Shown: positions 23,093 through 24,533 of the stretch, piece by piece
Position numbering within the stretch: position 1 is the stretch's first letter
Layout of the letters: every line of letters starts with the position of its first letter
DNA from: a plasmid
DNA length: 24,533 nucleotides
Sequence record: NZ_CP021968.1
Reading direction: 5' to 3' (one strand)
Made by a program: the position numbers and the translations under genes
The notes under the pieces: model-generated
What the model was told of the DNA's origin: nothing
Database searches by the model: none
What the model saw: the letters and a program-made list of their open reading frames with translations, nothing else

Positions 23093-23650
23093 TTATCTGA
23101 ATAGTTTTTTAATATATTGCACGGTCCTAGGTGAAATATTGAATGCTTCGGCAGTTACTTTAACAGTATGTGTTTTTGAATATTCAAAGATAGCAGTATT
23201 TCGGCTATCTTTTTTTCTTTTGGGTCTGCCTTCTTTATAGTTAGGATTGTGTTGCTTAGCAAATATTTTTCCTGCTTGTGTACGTTCAATAATCATGTCA
23301 CGTTCCATCTCCGCAACCGACAATAAGGTTCTAACAAGCATACGACCCATAGGAGTGTTATCAATCGTTCCTAAGTTTAAAACTTTGATAACGATTTTTT
23401 CTTTTAATAGGGAGTCAATTAAATTTAGCGCTTCTCGCGTGTTACGGGCAAAACGGTCTAATTTTGTGACAATCAAAGTATCATTTGGTTCAACTAAATG
23501 AACTAACTTTTCGAATTGGGGACGTGTGGTAGTGGTCCCAGAATATTTTTCACTCATAATGATATCAGCACCAGCCTTCTTCAAAGTATCTTTTTGTTCA
23601 TTTAACGATTGTCCCGCTGTTGAGACGCGTGCATAGCCATAAACTGTCAT
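23093..23650 (-). CDS. Serine recombinase (resolvase/invertase family)
   Basis: Start at MTVYGYARVSTAGQSLNEQ… with the catalytic Ser in the YARVST context. RBS GAGGTGGAAA. C-terminal HTH. The track ORF begins 4 codons earlier at an upstream ATG. Confidence 0.9.
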   Translation of the reverse strand: MTVYGYARVSTAGQSLNEQKDTLKKAGADIIMSEKYSGTTTTRPQFEKLVHLVEPNDTLIVTKLDRFARNTREALNLIDSLLKEKIVIKVLNLGTIDNTPMGRMLVRTLLSVAEMERDMIIERTQAGKIFAKQHNPNYKEGRPKRKKDSRNTAIFEYSKTHTVKVTAEAFNISPRTVQYIKKLFR

Positions 23651-23662
23651 TTTCCACCTCAT

Positions 23663-23751
23663 TAATTTGCATAATTAAATTGCATATTATAAAACCTATT
23701 ATATCAAGGGATATAAAAAGCGCAAGATACTTAAAAGTTTTTTGCGCTTTT
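23663..23751. promoter_or_regulatory. Candidate res / regulatory region upstream of the resolvase
   Basis: Imperfect palindrome atttgcataattaaattgcatat (23666-23688). Perfect 10-bp IR aaaagcgcaa / ttgcgctttt (23716-23725, 23742-23751) with a 16-nt loop. Confidence 0.35.
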
Positions 23752-24042
23752 AACATTAAACGAAAGGTTTGTCGAATAAAAATGTATACCTCATGTTAGT
23801 CAATTTTTTATTGTACTAATTTAATTATTACCAATCTGATGTAGGGTATTTTGTTTGTATTCATTTGGAGATATTCCAACTATTATTTTAAATAATCTAT
23901 AGAGAGAAGAATGATTTTTGTAACCAACTATTTGACTTATATTTTCAATTGACATATCAGTGCTCAGAAGTCAATAAAATTGACTATTTTTATTCAGTTA
24001 ATTAAGGTCACATTTGAAATGCGATTACGATTATAAAAATTA

Positions 24043-24533
24043 GGTAGATTGAAAAATTAAACCGAACATTTGAATAAAAAAGCCGCAGAGCCTTTAATGG
24101 TAATTGACTAAAAAAACCATAAAGTAACAATAAAGTAACTGTGATCCATGACTAGTTTATCATCTTCAGAACGTACTGTCATTCAAACAATGCTTCAATT
24201 GAATTATTCTGTTCGTGCCCTTGCTTGCTTCATTAACCGTTCACCCCCGACTATCTCTGTTGAAATTCATCAAGTGGCGTCTTATAGCGCCAACGCAGCC
24301 AACAAGTTGACAGAAATGAAATGCCATCTTCGTGGTCGGCATACGATGCTAACACCTGATATTGCTGTTTTAAAAGGGTCACCACAGACAGCTTCTCATG
24401 TACCAGGACTATCCTTTAAATCCATCTATAATTAGATTAATAGCGGTCTATTGAAACTTAACGTTGGTAATCTACTCGACAGAGGTACTCGTCAGAAGAG
24501 GAAGAGCGACGGTAGGCGACAAGTGTTTGTTCA
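24043..24533 (+). mobile_element. IS30-family element, copy 2, 5' portion (continues at 1..522)
   Basis: The left IR ggtagattgaaaaattaaaccgaa (24043-24066) resembles the copy-1 IR ggtagattgcaaatttaatccgaa. The transposase N-terminus follows. Confidence 0.7.
24148..24533 (+). pseudogene. IS30-family transposase, N-terminal part, with a premature TAG
   Basis: HTH (…LNYSVRALACFINRSPPTISVEI…). …SFKSIYN then TAG at 24433-24435 where copy 1 has TGG (Trp). The frame continues (INSGLLKLNVGNLLDRGTRQKRKSDGRRQVFV) to the window end and joins position 2 in frame. Confidence 0.75.

Noticed and set aside
23247-23501. 84-aa plus-strand ORF
   Set aside because: Antisense to the resolvase CDS.
1-24533. CRISPR arrays, tRNA or rRNA genes
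   Set aside because: No regularly spaced short direct repeats with unique spacers were seen. No cloverleaf-compatible tRNA-like segments were found. The GC-rich stretch at 13420-13660 was inspected for tRNA or retron msr/msd-like features and did not fit.

Overview
Low-GC Lactobacillales-type accessory DNA, probably a complete circular plasmid-like element of about 24.5 kb. The window end (24533) and the window start (1) join in frame inside one IS30-family transposase gene.

Content in order:
- a sucrose module: GH32 hydrolase plus a LacY/CscB-type permease;
- a YhgE/Pip phage-infection-protein homologue plus an Rrf2 regulator;
- an IS junkyard: two diverged IS30-family elements, at least five IS3-family copies or fragments of two types, and one IS6/IS1216-like element. 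Several are nested or abutted, including an IS30 inserted in the terminal IR of an IS3 and an IS3 cut by the IS6;
- a second LacY-type permease, truncated by the IS6;
- a type Ib partition cassette (ParA plus a small RHH ParG-like protein) with an iteron-rich upstream region;
- a RelB/DinJ–ParE type II TA pair;
- a small acidic ORF coupled to a zeta-toxin-like P-loop protein;
- a Nes/TraA-like MOBQ relaxase with a predicted pSK41/RSF1010-type oriT on the opposite strand, and two divergent accessory genes, one of which carries a 57-bp tandem repeat;
- a SemiSWEET, a thioredoxin and a serine resolvase.

No recognisable replication-initiator gene is present. The best ori candidate is a ~0.9-kb non-coding region next to the par iterons (strong promoter, GC-rich structured stretch, weak terminator). 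No CRISPR, tRNA or rRNA was seen.
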